Assembly (NCBI GenBank): GCA_964106915.2
Contig: OZ066928.1
DNA: 64,000 nt
DNA from: Podarcis gaigeae
Lineage: Eukaryota
Strand: one strand, 5' to 3'
Shown: piece after piece, positions 50,025 through 61,842 of the stretch
How the letters are laid out: the number at the start of each line of letters is the position of its first letter
Numbering within the stretch: position 1 is the first letter of the stretch
The notes under the pieces: generated by a model
What the model was told of the DNA's origin: nothing
Databases searched by the model: none
Seen by the model: only the letters and a program-made list of their open reading frames with translations
Position numbers and translations under genes: made by a program

Positions 50025-50472
50025 CAGTGGTACCTCGGGTTACAGACGCTCTAGGTTACAGACTCCGCTAACCCAGAAATAGTACTTTGGGTTAAGAACT
50101 TTACCTCATAATGAGGTGGCGCAGCAGCAGCGGGAGGCCCCATTAGCTAAAGTGGTACCTCAGGTTAAGAACAGTTTCAGGTTAAGAACGGACCTCCAGA
50201 ACAAACTAAGTACGTGACCAGAGGTACTACTGTACAGTCATACCTCAGGTTGAGCACGTTCGAGTTGCGCTCCGCAGCAACCTGGAAGTAACAAAGCACA
50301 TTACTTCCGGGTTTCGCCACTCGCGCAGATGCTCAAAATGACGTCACGCGCATGCGTGGAAGCGGCAAAATGCAACCTGCGCACGCACAGACGCACCGTC
50401 ACTTGTTACGTTTGCTTCAGGATGCGAACGGGACTCTGGAAAGGATCCCGTTTGCATCCCGAGGTACCACTG
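50025..50472. mobile_element. Two abutting MITEs (family A 50025-50232, family B 50235-50472) sharing one TA
   Basis: Junction ...ACTACTG TA CAGTCATACCTC...; both elements have TIRs. Confidence 0.85.
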
Positions 50473-53400
50473 TACTCAACACTCCAGCTACCTTACTGAT
50501 AACAGACTTGCAGCTAATCCAAACCAAGAGAGCTGAACCAAATACAGCAGTTGTTCCTTAGAATAATTTCTGGAGGCTGACACAAGTTCAAAACTAGGGC
50601 AAACATCCACCCACACGATCTTGCACCCTCAGAAAGCTGCACCCCAAAGAAAGGAGGGCTTCTCAAGAAAAACACCCTTCCTGTGCCCCTTCTAATAAAT
50701 AACAAACACAGAGGTCTAGATTTCATAGCACTGCATCAGCAAGAAGAAGCTGGTGATACCAAATTATTTTTATACTCCTTGAAGCTTGGGATTTCTCCCA
50801 AGCTCTTTGGAGACCGCAGAAGAAGCAAGCAGCCAGAAGAAGCCAGCCAGATAAGACTATGGAATGCTGCCTTCTCCAAAGGTTCCTGCTTTTGAGGTTT
50901 TTAATTCCTCTCCCCAGGCAGATTTTCTGATTTCAGCAGCTAGGTAAAGGAGAAATAAAAACTGGTTCCTTGACAATTTGAGATGTATCACATTGGCAGG
51001 ACCAGCAATCTGTCAGAAGGCATAATATCCAACAACAGCATTCCATCTATTAAAATCCAGGCCAGAGATCTTGATTCAAAGATTTTTCTGAGTCCTCCTT
51101 TAAAGGGAGAATACAAAAGGACAGACAGCATTTGGCCCACCAAGGCTCCCTCAACAAGTTTATTTTCTCAACAGCTGGCAAGACAGGTCATTGTTTCCAC
51201 AGGTAGCTACCATCTTTGGGACAGGTCATCTTCTGTGCCAATACCAATAAATTTCAGCTTCAAAAGTAGGCCTAACATTTTTTGCATATACCATAGAAAT
51301 ATAATGCCTCTTCAACCCAGCAGTAAAGTCTGAACCGGCACAGTTGCAGCCATCCTTCAATGTGAGTAATCAGCACAATAGTTTCGTTCATTTTTATCCG
51401 AGAAAAGTGACGCACCAAAGAAGCAGTAAAGCATCTTTTTTTTATTAAATAAAAAATAAAAATAAGTTTGCTTTTCACATTGCCCAATCACCCTTCAGCT
51501 GGAGAATAGACATTTCTTGCTGAACAAGAAAGAGGATCCACCACTCAATCTGAGAAGCCACAAACACACAAAGATTCTGTGCTAAGAATTCAGCTCCCCA
51601 AAACATTTGCAAGTCATTTTGAAAGAGGAAATGGCATGCTTCAGCCACCCAGGAGAGAAATTCAGATTTCCCTATCCAGTCTTGTAAGTAAACAACAACA
51701 AAAAGTGATCGTGCAGTTTCTGGCACATGCTGAAAACTTACCTGTTTATGGAGGCCTTTGCTATCAAATATACCAGCCACTTGTCAGAACTATTCTAGTT
51801 AAACGGAGTCTTGAAACGCTGCTAGATTTATTATTTTATATTTGTATTTTCAATGGATTCTACTGTAAGCCTCCTTGAAATAGTCATAATAGGCAAGGTA
51901 TTTATTTAATTTACTAGCTGGTTAGAGACTGCCCAAGAAGGGAGAACATCCCTCCTGCATTTCTCTGCTGGATGTGGAGAAGGGGGGGGGAGGGGGGCTT
52001 CTCGCCTTCTTGCTTGCCATGCTAGATGTAAAGAGGGGCTTAACATCTCATCTTTCCTCTGCTAGTCCACTTACCCACCTGTATAAAGCTCTGTGCTGTC
52101 TCAAAGGGAGCATATAAATACAAGGCTGACTCAATGGGAAACTAAGCACAAATACGGGCATTCAGACCAATTAGACTTTAATCTTAAAATCTTGAGGATT
52201 AGTAAGTAGCCCAAGTGCTACTATTAGGCTCTCTTCCAACATTTTTTGTTTGGGGGGGGGGGTGTCACTACATGACCACAACAGTGTCATGGGCAACAGA
52301 AGATAGTGGCCAGTGACAAATATGGCGGCAGTCAAAGATCCCAGAGAATTTTATATTCTCTTCTTAATGTGTATTCTAAGCCTCATGTTGAGAAGCAGAA
52401 AATACATGGGATACAATATTTGGATATAACTTACATATATGACAATAAAACGAGCAGGTTTTCTGGGCGAGGGGTGTGTGATCATGATAGTTGCCATTTA
52501 TTTATACAGTTCCACATACGTGCATAGCAGGGCTAACCAATGTGGTACCTTCTAGATTTTGTGGACCACAACTCCTACCAGCATGTCCAATAGTCATGGG
52601 ATTATTAGAAATGTAGTCCACCAACTTCTGGAGGGAACAAACTGGCTACCTCTGCTTGTGTGCAACATAGATTATAGGTCCCTGTCCTGAAGACCTTGCA
52701 ATTCTCTTCAACTTCTAAGATTCCATTTGGTTTCAGCAGGGGATGAAAACCACAACGTCCTAAAGGGTTGTAGCACTACATACAGTAACTCAATACATAG
52801 CAATATATATAACTATATATGCACGCTATATATGGCACCCTTTCCAAACCTGGAGGACTCCAGATGATTTTGGACTGCAACCGCCACAGGTATGCTAACC
52901 AAGGAAGGTGGAAGTTATAGCCCAACAACGCCTGGCAGGAAAAGCTTGAAGTTCTTTCTTGTTTAGTTTTAAGATGCTAAATTAGGTTAGGTTATTTACA
53001 GCACTTCTGTATGGCTTGATTTTTTGTATTCATTAGTATTATAGTTGTCCCTAATTGTTCTTAATGGGTTTTTTTGAGTTATGATAATTATTGTTCATTT
53101 GGTATGTTGTGAGACACTTTGAGGTCCACTGTGGAAAAACTGCATACAAATGATACAACTGATGATGATGAACTACAGGCTCCGCTCCAGATATGGACCT
53201 AAAAAAATTGACAACTCTTTGGACTCTCTGGTTGGTGTTTCAAACTAAAAGTATTTCCCAGGGCAGGCCACTTCAAAACAGTGATACAAGAATTTCATTG
53301 ACACACACTGCTGAAGACTGTCTGGGGCATAAATCAGGAGAAAGCAACATTACATTACATTTATTTGTTTTTTATAACCTTCACTCAAGGCTATAAAACA

Positions 53401-56006
53401 GGATACAAGTATTATAAATAAATGATAATTCTCTGGATGCCAATTACTTCTCAGAAACTCTGGGTCACAGTTGAAGCTTTCAATAATCTAAGGCAGGGCT
53501 TCCCAAACTTCAGTCCCCAGACTTTTTCGACTACAGTTCCCATCATCCCTGACCATTGGTCCTGCTAGCTAGTGATGGTGGGAGTTGTGGTCCAAAAACA
53601 GCTGGAAACCCAAATTTGGGGAACTGTGGTCTAAGGAATTAGTGATCATCAGACTATGCTGAAAATTGTCAAAGCCTTCTTTTGTATGAACTTCAAAAAG
53701 CAATCAGTTTCAATGCATACCAACAGACACAGAGCTCCTTAGACACAGCAGTGTATACACATATGCTATAATACTTTATCTACCAACAAGACCAAATGTC
53801 CAACCTCCCTTTTATTCTTCTTTAGTTGCACAGTCTGTTTTTAGCTTTTTGCAATTTCTTGAACCATTGTGAAATGTCAAATATTCTAGAATTTCCCTGT
53901 TCTTTTGTTAACCTTTGAAAACCACATTAAACACACCCTTTTTAAAGGATTTTGCAATGGGGGTGAGCAAGCAAGCAGACAGACAGGCAGGCATATAACA
54001 AGGCCAAAGTTGAGCACTTTTTATGTCCCCTTGATCTCACTGGGGACAGACTGGTCATTGTGCTTAACTCCTCCACTGGAAAAAAATGCAAGTCTAAAAT
54101 GCTTGGGTTTGGCTGGATTGTGGTCCATGAGTTCTGCCTCTCCCTGCCATCACAACCAATTTCTTTCCAGTATTATGCTGTAGCACTCTTAGTTATGTGC
54201 ACTGTATTGTGGGACCAAGAAGCTGGTGCTCAAGCTACACAAACACTCCCTGCCCTTTATCAAAGGAGTTACAGCCTGCAATCAGGTAATTCTAAGCATA
54301 ACATGCTCATCCAACTAAGCCAGCATAGCAAATGCCTCAGGGGGTGGGGCAGTGGCAAGCAGATGGCTGTGGTGTCAACTGATTTTCATTCTCCCTCCCT
54401 CCCTCCCCCATGCCTGTGCACTGTTCTAATTCCGGTTCAGTTCTTCTCTTAAAACTTCTTCTAAAACAAACACCAAATGCCAAATCAGATATATACAGGA
54501 ATAAAAGACAACAAGTTTACTGTTTTTTACCACTCCCTCTTGTAAAAGTCAGAAAAACCTCGTTCTTTCCCCAACCACACAATATTGTTGCCAAACCAGT
54601 ACTAATCTTGTGCTGACTAAGTTTATCCCCTCGCACACACTTGCATGGATAAAGCCTTTGTATTCCTAACACTTGTATTCCTAACACAGCCCAGGCACTT
54701 CTGGGGTGCACAGACCCTTGCAGCTTCACTTCTTCCTCCTACAGCAATCAGATTGTCAACAGCCCAGCAACACACACACACACCTCTCCACCCCATCCTA
54801 GCTTTGTAAACAAACACCCTACAGAAACTATAGAAGCAAGCATGAGTGCTTCATCCCACAGACCTGGCTACCATCATGGTGTTGTTTCATTTGAAGCAGA
54901 TCAGCTCTAAAACACCTTCAGATAAATTTTATGGACTCCCATGTAGCTGAAAGCAGAAGGGCCAAGAAACAGAGAAAGTGGGGCATAAAACCAGACTACA
55001 CAGGCCTGCTGTCAACCTGCTGCCCTCCAGATGTTTTGGGCTGTAACTCGCTTCAGTCCCAGCCAGCATGGCCACAATGACTGGGACTGATGGGAATTGC
55101 AATCCAAAACATGTGGAGGATACCAGGTTGGCAAACAATACCATAGATGTTGACATCAAACCACCACGAAGGAAAACCATCTCAAGAACCTCCCTATTCA
55201 CCTGTCTTCACCTACAAGGGAAAAACACGGCACCCTACAAACTCCCTGCATACTGAGATAAAGCAGACATCTTCACTGTACTCTTTCTGGCATCTACTAA
55301 AAACATTCCTGTTTAGAAAAGCCCACCCAGATGCCTAGAAAGTTGAGGTGATTTTAATTTGCTTTAGTATTCTAACTTTTGTATGTATTGAAGTGGGGTT
55401 GTAAATTTTTCTTGATTTTACAGTGGTACCTTGGTTTTCGCACTTAATCCATTTCAGGGGTCCATTTGACTCCTGAAACCATTCAAAAACCAAGGCACGG
55501 CTTCCGATTGGCTGCAGGAACTTCCTGCACTCAAGCGGAAGCTGCATCACAACATTCGGCTTCCGAAAAACGTCTGCCAACCAGAACACTTACTTCTGGG
55601 TTTGCAGCATTTGGGAGCCAATTTGTTCAGCAACTAAGCCATTCGAGAAGCAAGGTACGAGTGTACTGTTTTATCTTTTGTAAACCACTTTGAAGCTTTT
55701 AAAGCAGTGTGTAAATTTTATTACATAAATAAATACAAAATCCAAGATAAATATTTTTTCAGTCAGCCTTTCCTAAGGATCTGGCAAAGTTCTGCAATCC
55801 TCCTCCATTTGGGACAACACTAGGTCAGCAGCCCAAATCTTCTAACTTCCATGGTTCCCTTCAATCAAGGTACAGAATGAGGGGCTGAGCTGAGAAGATC
55901 CACGAGTTAAGAGCTCAAGCTATCAACTCACCATTACATGAGTAGTCAGTACCAGCCTACATCTCAGGGCTTTTATGCACATGACACATACAGAGATGTT
56001 ACTGTA

Positions 56007-56259
56007 CAGTCATACCTCATGTTGCGTCCGCTTCAGGTTACGTCTTTTCAAGTTGCGTCCCACTGCAATCCGGATGTACCAGAATGGTTACTTCCGGGTT
56101 TTGCTGCTCGTGCATGTGCAGAAGCACTAAATCGCGCTTTGCACATGCGCAGAAGCACTAAATCACCCTTTGTGCATACGTGGCACTTCTGGATACGAAT
56201 GCTTCGAATTGCAGGTGTGCCAACAGGACAGATTATGTCCGCAACTCGAGGTTCCACTG
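56007..56259. mobile_element. Tc1/mariner-type MITE, family B-related
   Basis: CAGTCATACCTC...GAGGTTCCACTG with TA TSD. Confidence 0.75.
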
Positions 56260-58105
56260 TACTGAAAGAGGCCCCCAATTAAAACCTCAGCTGCAGCATC
56301 ACTAGCTACCTTTATGAACGATACTTTTCTCTCAGTCTTTCCCACAATACACATACTTACACTGCAGAGCTACTCAAACTAGCATAACTTACAGGGCTGT
56401 TTTGTGGACTATTAACCCAAAACATGTGAAGGCTCATACCATGGACACCAAAATATTGCCTGAGACAAAGAAACGCAGCTACGGAAATTTTACTGCCCTT
56501 GTCTCAGCTATTTTTTAGTGGAAACACAACACAAACAGCCACTATATTCTTATCACTGCTAATAATACTGTGTCATGATGATTATTTTCAATATCATCAA
56601 TAACAACAAAAACAACAACCCAGTTTATTCAGTAAATTTAACTTTCACTTTTCCTCCATGGAGCTCAAGGCAGGAAACAGGGGCCTACTCCCCTCCCCCT
56701 GCTTTTATGCTCACAACAATCCTGTGAAGTAGGTCAGGCTGAGAAAGAGAACGACTGGCCCAAGGTTGCCCACTGTGTTTTATGACTGAAAGGGGATTTG
56801 AACTTGGGCCTCACCACTTCTCGTGTGATACTCTCCATCACACTGGAGCCTTTGGGAATGGTGAGACAGCACAGAGGATATGCAACACCAAAGCAACACC
56901 AGGTGTTGGCAGGAGCAACAGCAGCACCCCAACACAATTGCAAATAATTTATTTTTATTTAACATCATTTGTATACCAAATTATGAGGCCCTTCTTTGTG
57001 TGCCCGCTCCAAGAGAGCATTATCATGACAACAGCAGTAGCTTTTATGTCAGGAATGCAGAACCTGGTGTCCTCCACAAATTGCTATACACCACCTCCCA
57101 TCAGCCCCACCCAGCAATGTGGTCAAGAATGATAGGAGTTACCAGCACAGGATTTAGGTGCGGGTAGTTCCGCCGCATAGGAAGGTGAGCCGAGGGGGTG
57201 CAAAATAATAATATGAATGCCTACATTTATCTACTGAGAAGATCCATTAAAAAAGCAACAGTACAAAGAGGAATTATTGTTAAAATAAGTAATATAAGAA
57301 ATATTTTGTTACACTCCAGCAGCAGGAATCCACATAGGGATTGTAGCCAAGCAAGAAAGGATTGCAGAACCTGAAAGCATTTAGTGACCAAGAGGTGACA
57401 TGACAAACGTTTTTAAGTGTTATGCATGGGCCAAATGAACCAACCCAAACCCTGCAATCGCCACCTGAGGCCCTTCTTCTTGTGCCTCTGCTGTGAGAGG
57501 TCCGGAGGGTGGTGGCAACACCAGAACGGTCCTTTTCTGTGGTGGCTCCCCGTTTATGGGATGCTCTCCCATAAACTCCCTGGCAGCATCGTTATACACC
57601 TTTAGGTGCTGCGGGGGGGGGGGGGGTTTGGCAAACCTTCTTCAACCAGGCCTTGAGCTTACTGACATCCTATATCCTTGGAAAGGGGTTTGTTGGAATT
57701 TTTTACTGGTCTGTTTTGTTCTTGTCATTACGCATTTTGTGCTTTAACCTTTCATTTTCCTGCTGTGAACCGCCCTGGAATTAACGGATGTAGGACGGTA
57801 CATACATGCCATAGCTACCCATAATAATAAATAATGGAGAGCCGGCCCCCAGCCCCACCCACCCCTCGATCCCTGAGACCAGGGAGGGCTAAGCGCCCGG
57901 CCAACCGCTGTTTCCACACAGAGGAGCGCCGACCCTCCCGGGGCTGAGGCGCCCGAGGGCGAGGGCGGCGGCTGCTTCTCCCTCCCTCCCTCCCTGCCTC
58001 CGCCCCCCCCCCCCGCCGGCCCAGCCCCGGATCCTCTCAGGGGCGGCCAGCGCCCTCCCGCCCCACAGCCCCGCTCAGGTACGGGCGGGGCGGCGCCCGG
58101 CTTAC

Positions 58106-58260
58106 CCTCTCGAAGGCCTCCGTCTGCCTCCCCGGGCAGCGGGAAGAGGAGGAGCAGCAGCAGCAGCGCAGCCGCCGCCGCCGCCACCGCCGGGCCTCAG
58201 TCGGGCCGCCTCGCAACCTCGATCCCGCCCCCCGCCTCCGCCTCCTTCCCCGCCTTCCGC
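58106..58260 (-). other. RABGAP1: Probable non-coding first exon of RABGAP1 (5' boundary approximate)
   Basis: Strong donor AGG|GTAAGC at 58105 inside the CpG island, with a GGC/GCT-rich leader. Confidence 0.65.
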
Positions 58261-58399
58261 CCTCACGTGACCGGGGCTCGGCCGGAAGACGGGCGCCCGG
58301 CCACTTCCGGCTCCCGGGGCTTCCGGTCCCGCCCCCCCGTCCCGTCCTCTTCCTTAGCAACCCGTCTATCCCTCTCCTCTCGGAAAAGAAAGAAGCGGC

Positions 58400-58561
58400 G
58401 CCGGAAGTGGGGCTGCGGGGGGGGGGGTTGCGGGGATTCAAGCTTCCGGTGGCGGAGGAGGAGGAGGTGGCGGAGGAGCTCCGCTGGCCGCGCGGTCCTT
58501 CCCGCGCCCCTCGGGCCAGCCCCGTGGCTGCGCCGCCTGGAGGAGGCGGAGAGGAGGTGGG
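58400..58561 (+). other. ZBTB26: Probable non-coding first exon of ZBTB26 (5' boundary approximate)
   Basis: Donor GGG|GTGAGG at 58562 within the CpG island. The acceptor just upstream of the ZBTB26 ATG implies an upstream exon. Confidence 0.5.
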
Positions 58562-59625
58562 GTGAGGCTGGGGGTCTGTGGGGGGGCCGGTGATCCTACC
58601 CGCTTGCTCCCGTCCCACCCGTTGGCTGGTGGAACTCGCGGCCACTAGACCCGGCGGAGGTTGTCCCGCCTCAGGAGTGCTCCGATTGCGGGTGGGGGCC
58701 TGGGGGCGTTACGAGGCGGAGGCCAGCCGACCATCGCCCTCAGCATTCATGACAGCGGTCCGCCGCTGCCGCCGTTTTTCTGCTCTGTAAATGCAGCTGG
58801 AGGTTGAGAGGCGTGGTTTGGCTAAAAGGAGGGAGTGGGGACGTGGGGGTCGCGGAGTGGGACTTGAGGGTGGTGGTTGTTCTGACAGCGCGCTTCATTT
58901 GGACGGGAGAGCTGCTCTTGTGCTACTGCTGCAGCGCTGCTTCTGGTCTTCCTATAATAGGCATCTGGTTGGTGGCCGTGAGGACAGAGGCTGGGCTAGA
59001 TAACCTCCTCACACACACCGGGCCTGATTCACCTGCAGGGCTATTCTTCGCCCCACCTCGGGTGGCTTTAAAAGGGGACTGGACGGATTCACAGAGGAGA
59101 TAATGCTGTCAACCACAATGGCTGTGTTCTGCGTCATGGTCTGGGACAGTAAACACTCCTGAATGCCAGGGGCTGGAACCACAGGAGGGAAGACTGCAGC
59201 CCTTGTGCTCAGATCCTGCTTGCGCGTTTCCCTTTTTCGGCATTTGGGGTTGCCTTCTGTGAGGAGAGGTCACTGGACTGAGTTGGCCACTAGCCTGATC
59301 CTGCAGTCTCTTCCTATGCTCGTGTTTTGCCCCTGAGCAATGATGGCCACTAATTTGGATGGCTTTCAAAGAGAATTAGCTGAATTCATGGAGGAGATAA
59401 GCTACTGCCAATGGCTGCTGAGCAGGATAGCTATGTTCCACCTCCGTGATTGGAGGCAATAGTGCTTCTGAATACTAGCTGCTGGAAACCATGGTTGAGG
59501 AGAGTGTTCTTGTGCTCATGTTCTGGTATCTGGTTGGCCACTGTGAGAACAAGTTGCTGCACTAGATGGACCACTGACCTTAGCCAGCAGGCTCTTTTGT
59601 GTTTGTGAGCGAGGTACTGTAGTGA

Positions 59626-59745
59626 TCCTCTCTTCTCAGTGTCAAATTTGAAAGAGCCAAAGTACAGTCACGTCAGGGGCTGGTGACCTTCAAGAAGGCG
59701 TCTGTGTATCTTTCTGGGGAAGAGTGGGCTCAGCTGGTACCTTCT
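59626..59745 (+). pseudogene. KRAB-A domain relic in the ZBTB26 intron
   Basis: Translates SSLLSVKFERAKVQSRQGLVTFKKASVYLSGEEWAQLVPS, matching the KRAB-A N-terminal consensus VTFxDVAVxFSxEEWxxLxP. Truncated by a SINE-like fragment. Confidence 0.7.
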
Positions 59746-60379
59746 GTGTGCAAAGCAGGTACTCTGTCTCTGAGCTGTGGCCTCAGCACCATCCCACACT
59801 AGCTGTGTCATCTAGGATCATTTAGTCCAGCCCCCTGCTGTGCAATAATCACAGCTAAGGAATACCTGACAAGTGGCTGTCCAGCCTCCCTTTCAAAACC
59901 TCCAGTGAAGAGGTTGGTGCTTTTGTCTTTCTCGGTGCTTAATGTCATTGGTAGGTTTAGGATGAGATGGTGCATCTGTGCTGCGTTGATTGCTCAGAAA
60001 CACCTCCCCACCCCCCACAGTTATTAAGTTTATTTTCCATTTTGTTTGTTTGGAAGGCTGGAGTCCTGTGCACTCTTATCTGAGGGTAAGCTCCACTGAA
60101 CTTAGTAAGACTTATTCCTGAGTAAATGCATTCGGGGTTGCACTGCAAATAACCTAATTTCTAAGGTACTTTCCAACAGCTAATGTGATTTCCATGGTCC
60201 AGTCAATTCTTTCAGCAATTTTGGGTTTGGCACAAGCAGGGAAACTGAGAAAACAGTAATTATTGTGATGATGTGATCATTACGAGAGCTACAGGGGAAG
60301 AAACTAGTACAGTCTTGAAACTATTTCTTTCTGTGGCATTCATAGTATTTATCCACTTTCCCCTTTCAGGTTTGTCAAC

Positions 60380-61723
60380 ATGACCAAGAGAACTGATAGC
60401 CTCCACTTCCAGTTCGACAACTATGGGGACTCCATGCTGCAAAAAATGGACAAGCTGAGGGAAGAGAAGAAGTTTTGTGATGTCACTGTCCACATAGACA
60501 ACCTTGAGGTTCACGGCCACAAAATAGTCTTTGCTGCTGGCTCCCCTTTCCTAAGGGATCAGTTCCTGCTGAATGACTCCAGGGAAGTGAAAATCTCCAT
60601 CCTCCAGAGTTCGGAGGTTGGGAGGCAGCTGCTTCTGTCTTGCTACACTGGTGTCCTGGAGTTTCCCGAGATGGAGTTGGTGAACTACCTGACGGCGGCT
60701 AGTTTTCTTCAGATGAGCCACATTGTGGAGCGCTGCACACAGGCCCTGTGGAAATTCATCCGGCCAAAACATCAGCTTGAAAACAAGGAGGAGGGGAAGC
60801 AGCCGCAGCAGACTGACTCTTCAGAGCCAAACGAGTGCCCAAGGATGGGGAGTAAGGAAGAGGAGGAGGAAGATGACTCCTTGCTTCCAGACTCTCCATG
60901 CATCCAACCCTCTGAAGACAGCCTGGACATGGACGATAGCGACATCCAAATTGTGAAGGTGGAGTCCATTGGGGAGGTTGCAGAGGTCAGAAGCAAGAAG
61001 GACCAGAACCAGTTTATTTCCTCAGAGCAGCAGAACAGCCTCCACTCATCAGAGCCTCAGCACTCCCTCATCAATTCCACGGTGGAGAACCGAGCTGGTG
61101 ACCTGGAGCAAGGCCAACTCCACAACTACACCCTCTCGTACATGGGGGGAGACAGCCTCATCATGGCTTCCAAAGACATGTTTGGCACCAGCAACCGGGG
61201 GGTGGACAAAGGCCTTCAGTGGCACCACCAGTGCCCCAAGTGCACACGTGTTTTCCGGCATCTGGAGAACTACGCCAACCACTTGAAGATGCACAAGCTA
61301 TTCATGTGCCTGCTGTGCGGCAAGACCTTCACACAGAAGGGCAACTTGCACCGGCACATGCGGGTGCATGCGGGCATCAAGCCCTTCCAGTGCAAGATCT
61401 GTGGGAAGACCTTCTCGCAGAAGTGCTCCTTACAGGACCATCTCAACCTGCACAGTGGGGACAAGCCCCACAAATGCAACTACTGTGACATGGTTTTCGC
61501 CCACAAGCCCGTCCTTAGGAAGCACCTCAAGCAGCTCCATGGCAAGAACAGCTTTGACAACGCCAACGAGAGGAATGTCCAGGACATTACCGTGGATTTT
61601 GACTCCTTCAGCTGCAGCTCAGGCACAGACTCAAAAGGCTGCCAGCAGGCAGAGGCCAGTCAGGTGCTGGACACCGGGAAACTGGCGCAGGCAGTGCTCA
61701 GTTTGCGGAGCGAAAGCGCCTGA
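60380..61723 (+). CDS. ZBTB26: Zinc finger and BTB domain-containing protein 26
   Basis: 447-aa ORF with an N-terminal BTB domain (FCDVTVHI...GHKIVFAAGSPFLRDQF) and four C2H2 fingers (CPKC, CLLC, CKIC, CNYC). Acceptor ccctttcAG|G at 60369, 10 nt before the ATG. Matches human ZBTB26 as recalled. Confidence 0.97.
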   Translation: MTKRTDSLHFQFDNYGDSMLQKMDKLREEKKFCDVTVHIDNLEVHGHKIVFAAGSPFLRDQFLLNDSREVKISILQSSEVGRQLLLSCYTGVLEFPEMELVNYLTAASFLQMSHIVERCTQALWKFIRPKHQLENKEEGKQPQQTDSSEPNECPRMGSKEEEEEDDSLLPDSPCIQPSEDSLDMDDSDIQIVKVESIGEVAEVRSKKDQNQFISSEQQNSLHSSEPQHSLINSTVENRAGDLEQGQLHNYTLSYMGGDSLIMASKDMFGTSNRGVDKGLQWHHQCPKCTRVFRHLENYANHLKMHKLFMCLLCGKTFTQKGNLHRHMRVHAGIKPFQCKICGKTFSQKCSLQDHLNLHSGDKPHKCNYCDMVFAHKPVLRKHLKQLHGKNSFDNANERNVQDITVDFDSFSCSSGTDSKGCQQAEASQVLDTGKLAQAVLSLRSESA

Positions 61724-61794
61724 GCGAATTGAAATGGGTGATGGAGCACCTCTCTATGAGCATTGGGGCAGGAAGAGCCGTGAAGAGCTGCTTC

Positions 61795-61842
61795 GGGCTT
61801 TGGTCATGAAGAGTCGGACACGACTAAACGACTAAACAACAA
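61795..61842 (+). mobile_element. RTE/BovB-like 3' tail fragment in the ZBTB26 3' UTR (reverse copies at ~213-262 and ~3945-4040)
   Basis: GGTCATGAAGAGTCGGACACGACTAAACGACTAAACAACAA. Confidence 0.6.

Larger units (their letters stand above)
57840..58900. promoter_or_regulatory. CpG island / bidirectional promoter shared by RABGAP1 and ZBTB26
   Basis: Very GC- and CpG-rich. ETS-type CCGGAAG/CTTCCGG cores at ~58282, 58304, 58320, 58401 and 58443; E-box TCACGTGA at 58263-58270; GC boxes. Splice donors face outward on both strands. Confidence 0.85.

Noticed and set aside
57744-58790. Long GC-rich ORFs in the CpG islands (also 8246-9120)
   Set aside because: Low-complexity Gly/Ala/Pro/Arg frames on both strands, as expected from stop-codon depletion.
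59677-60382. KRAB-BTB-ZF fusion by splicing the KRAB relic onto ZBTB26
   Set aside because: Donors at 59737 (phase 0) and 59759 (phase 1) are both out of frame; phase 2 is required for the ATG 10 nt into the exon.
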